Positions 62,802 to 64,000 of a stretch of DNA of 64,000 bases are shown in pieces. The notes below the pieces were generated by a model. It was not told where the DNA came from. It did no database searches and was given only the letters and a program-made list of their open reading frames with translations. Every line of letters begins with the position of its first letter. Position 1 is the first letter of the stretch. Source of the DNA: an uncultured Gemmatimonadota bacterium. Its GTDB lineage: Bacteria > JAAXHH01. The stretch is taken from positions 1,920,001 through 1,984,000 of the forward strand of contig OX638340.1 in assembly GCA_951812955.1 (NCBI GenBank). The letters run 5' to 3'. The translations under genes were made by a program, and so were the position numbers.

Positions 62802-64000
62802 TCAGACCGGGTACTGCGGATCGTCGGCCGCCGAGAGGTCGCCAGGACGGTTCAGCACGCCCCCGGGATCCGGAGGCACGACCTCGTGATCGACCAGGGG
62901 ATCGCCCGTTGAAGCCATCCAGCGGTCGAGCCGGGCACGCATGTCGCGCAGCGTATCGGCCGCTTTGGGACAGTCTGCCAGGTTGTTGGTCTCCGACGGG
63001 TCGAACAGGGTGTCGTAGAGCCGTTCGCGCGGCACGGGTCTTTCACGCCAGCCCGAATCGATCAGAGTCGACTTCGTGATCGATGCATCGCAGTTGGTCA
63101 TGACGGGCAGGTCGCGGCAGCCGTACCGCCGGATATACTTCCATCGGCGGGTCCGCACGGCCCGCTGGGGTTCATAGGCCGCGTGGAAATTCACCTCGGC
63201 GAAGACTTCATCGCGCACCTCTTCGGTTTCGCCCTGTACCAGGGGATCGAATGAAACGCCCTGCAGCCAGTCCGGACGTTCGATCCCGGCCAGATCGCAC
63301 ACGGTAGGGAATACGTCGATGTGGCTCACCATGCCATCGACGACCTTGCCGCCGCGGTATCCCGCGGGACCGCGCAGTATGAGCATGACGCCCATGCCGT
63401 GGTCGGTGAGGTGGCACTTCATCATGGGAAAGGCGATGCCGTGGTCGGTGGTACATATGACCAGGGTGTCGTCCCCCCACCCGTTCCGGTCAATCGCCTC
63501 GAGCACGCGTCCCATCTTCTGGTCGAGCGTCCGCGCGGCATCGATGAAGAGGCCCATGTCGCGGCGAAAATCGTCGGAATCCGGAAAAGGCGCCGGCGGG
63601 CGCACAAAACGGGGATCGGTCGACACTTCCCCATCGGGCTGCGCTGAGAATCCAGCACCCCTGCGATGGGTTTCGCCGAATCCCACGTCGAGGAAGAAGG
63701 GCCGGTCATGGGATTCCGCCAGGAACGATGCGGCCAGTTCCTCGGCAGGCGCCTTTTCGTTGCCGGCCTCTTGCGGCATGACGCGGGACCACCCGGCTTC
63801 GTCCAGGTCTTTGACGACGTGCTGGAATCCGGCCATCACCGTGTCGTACCCCGCCCTTCGCAGCGTGTGCATGATAAGTCGTTCCGGATGATGGATCGAC
63901 CAGCCCCGGTTGACCAGGCCGAACATGCCGCAACTGTGCGCCCACTGACCGGTAAGCAGGGCCCCGCGGCTCGGTGAGCAGGACGGGTTCGCACAGAAGG
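62802..64000 (-). CDS. Cys-type (formylglycine-dependent) sulfatase, N-terminus beyond window
   Basis: In-frame upstream 'CSPSRGALLTGQ' FGly signature at 63930-63965; sulfatase core 'ICTTDHG'. Confidence 0.8.
   Translation of the reverse strand, partial: FCANPSCSPSRGALLTGQWAHSCGMFGLVNRGWSIHHPERLIMHTLRRAGYDTVMAGFQHVVKDLDEAGWSRVMPQEAGNEKAPAEELAASFLAESHDRPFFLDVGFGETHRRGAGFSAQPDGEVSTDPRFVRPPAPFPDSDDFRRDMGLFIDAARTLDQKMGRVLEAIDRNGWGDDTLVICTTDHGIAFPMMKCHLTDHGMGVMLILRGPAGYRGGKVVDGMVSHIDVFPTVCDLAGIERPDWLQGVSFDPLVQGETEEVRDEVFAEVNFHAAYEPQRAVRTRRWKYIRRYGCRDLPVMTNCDASITKSTLIDSGWRERPVPRERLYDTLFDPSETNNLADCPKAADTLRDMRARLDRWMASTGDPLVDHEVVPPDPGGVLNRPGDLSAADDPQYPV

Overview
This is a 64-kb, high-GC (about 60-65%) bacterial window. 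The combination of bacillithiol genes with an ACIII-caa3 respiratory supercluster hints at Rhodothermaeota/Bacteroidota-like or Gemmatimonadota-like ancestry, but that is tentative. I found no rRNA genes and no CRISPR arrays; I could not rule tRNAs in or out by eye.

Core content, left to right:
- bshB1-bshA (bacillithiol synthesis) and a rhodanese.
- A large polytopic membrane protein, an SDR epimerase and a PhyH dioxygenase.
- Three tandem DUF4097-like repeat proteins; the first carries a young 108-bp intragenic tandem array.
- Threonine dehydratase, a CBM9/DUF5916 outer-membrane protein, an OMP beta-barrel and an agmatinase-family gene.
- A minus-strand operon: ferredoxin, two tungsten-type aldehyde:ferredoxin oxidoreductases (AOR), and an FAD disulfide oxidoreductase.
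- A large respiratory block: alternative complex III (actABCDEF), a SCO copper chaperone and caa3 cytochrome oxidase (coxBACD).
- Further right: CreD, glnA, ornithine cyclodeaminase, a GT9 heptosyltransferase and a Cys-type sulfatase (truncated by the window end).

Accessory content is concentrated at about 24-34 kb and 53-55 kb:
- A FlaR-like P-loop kinase plus a DUF4143 AAA ATPase.
- A roughly 7-kb insertion bracketed by two ~85-bp imperfect direct repeats. It carries a translationally coupled Dam-like m6A methyltransferase with a NotI-fold restriction endonuclease, a degenerate IS3 element with intact inverted repeats, two AT-rich hypothetical genes, a second IS3 fragment, an AT-rich SGNH hydrolase and a sigma-54 activator fragment.
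- Next to it, a single-polypeptide GAF-PAS-HisKA-HATPase-REC-OmpR signalling protein of very high GC.
- Three class-I SAM methyltransferases, two of them paralogs, with a 17-bp tandem repeat array between two of them.
- An AT-rich islet encoding a lipoprotein that fuses a collagen-like (GXY)17 segment to a trypsin_2 serine protease.

Several intergenic regions contain organised direct repeats, for example GGACATCCGGCGCAA x3 at 22-bp spacing, and an ~85-bp duplication flanking the agmatinase gene. Many long ORFs in the supplied track are antisense shadow ORFs typical of high-GC DNA and were not called.
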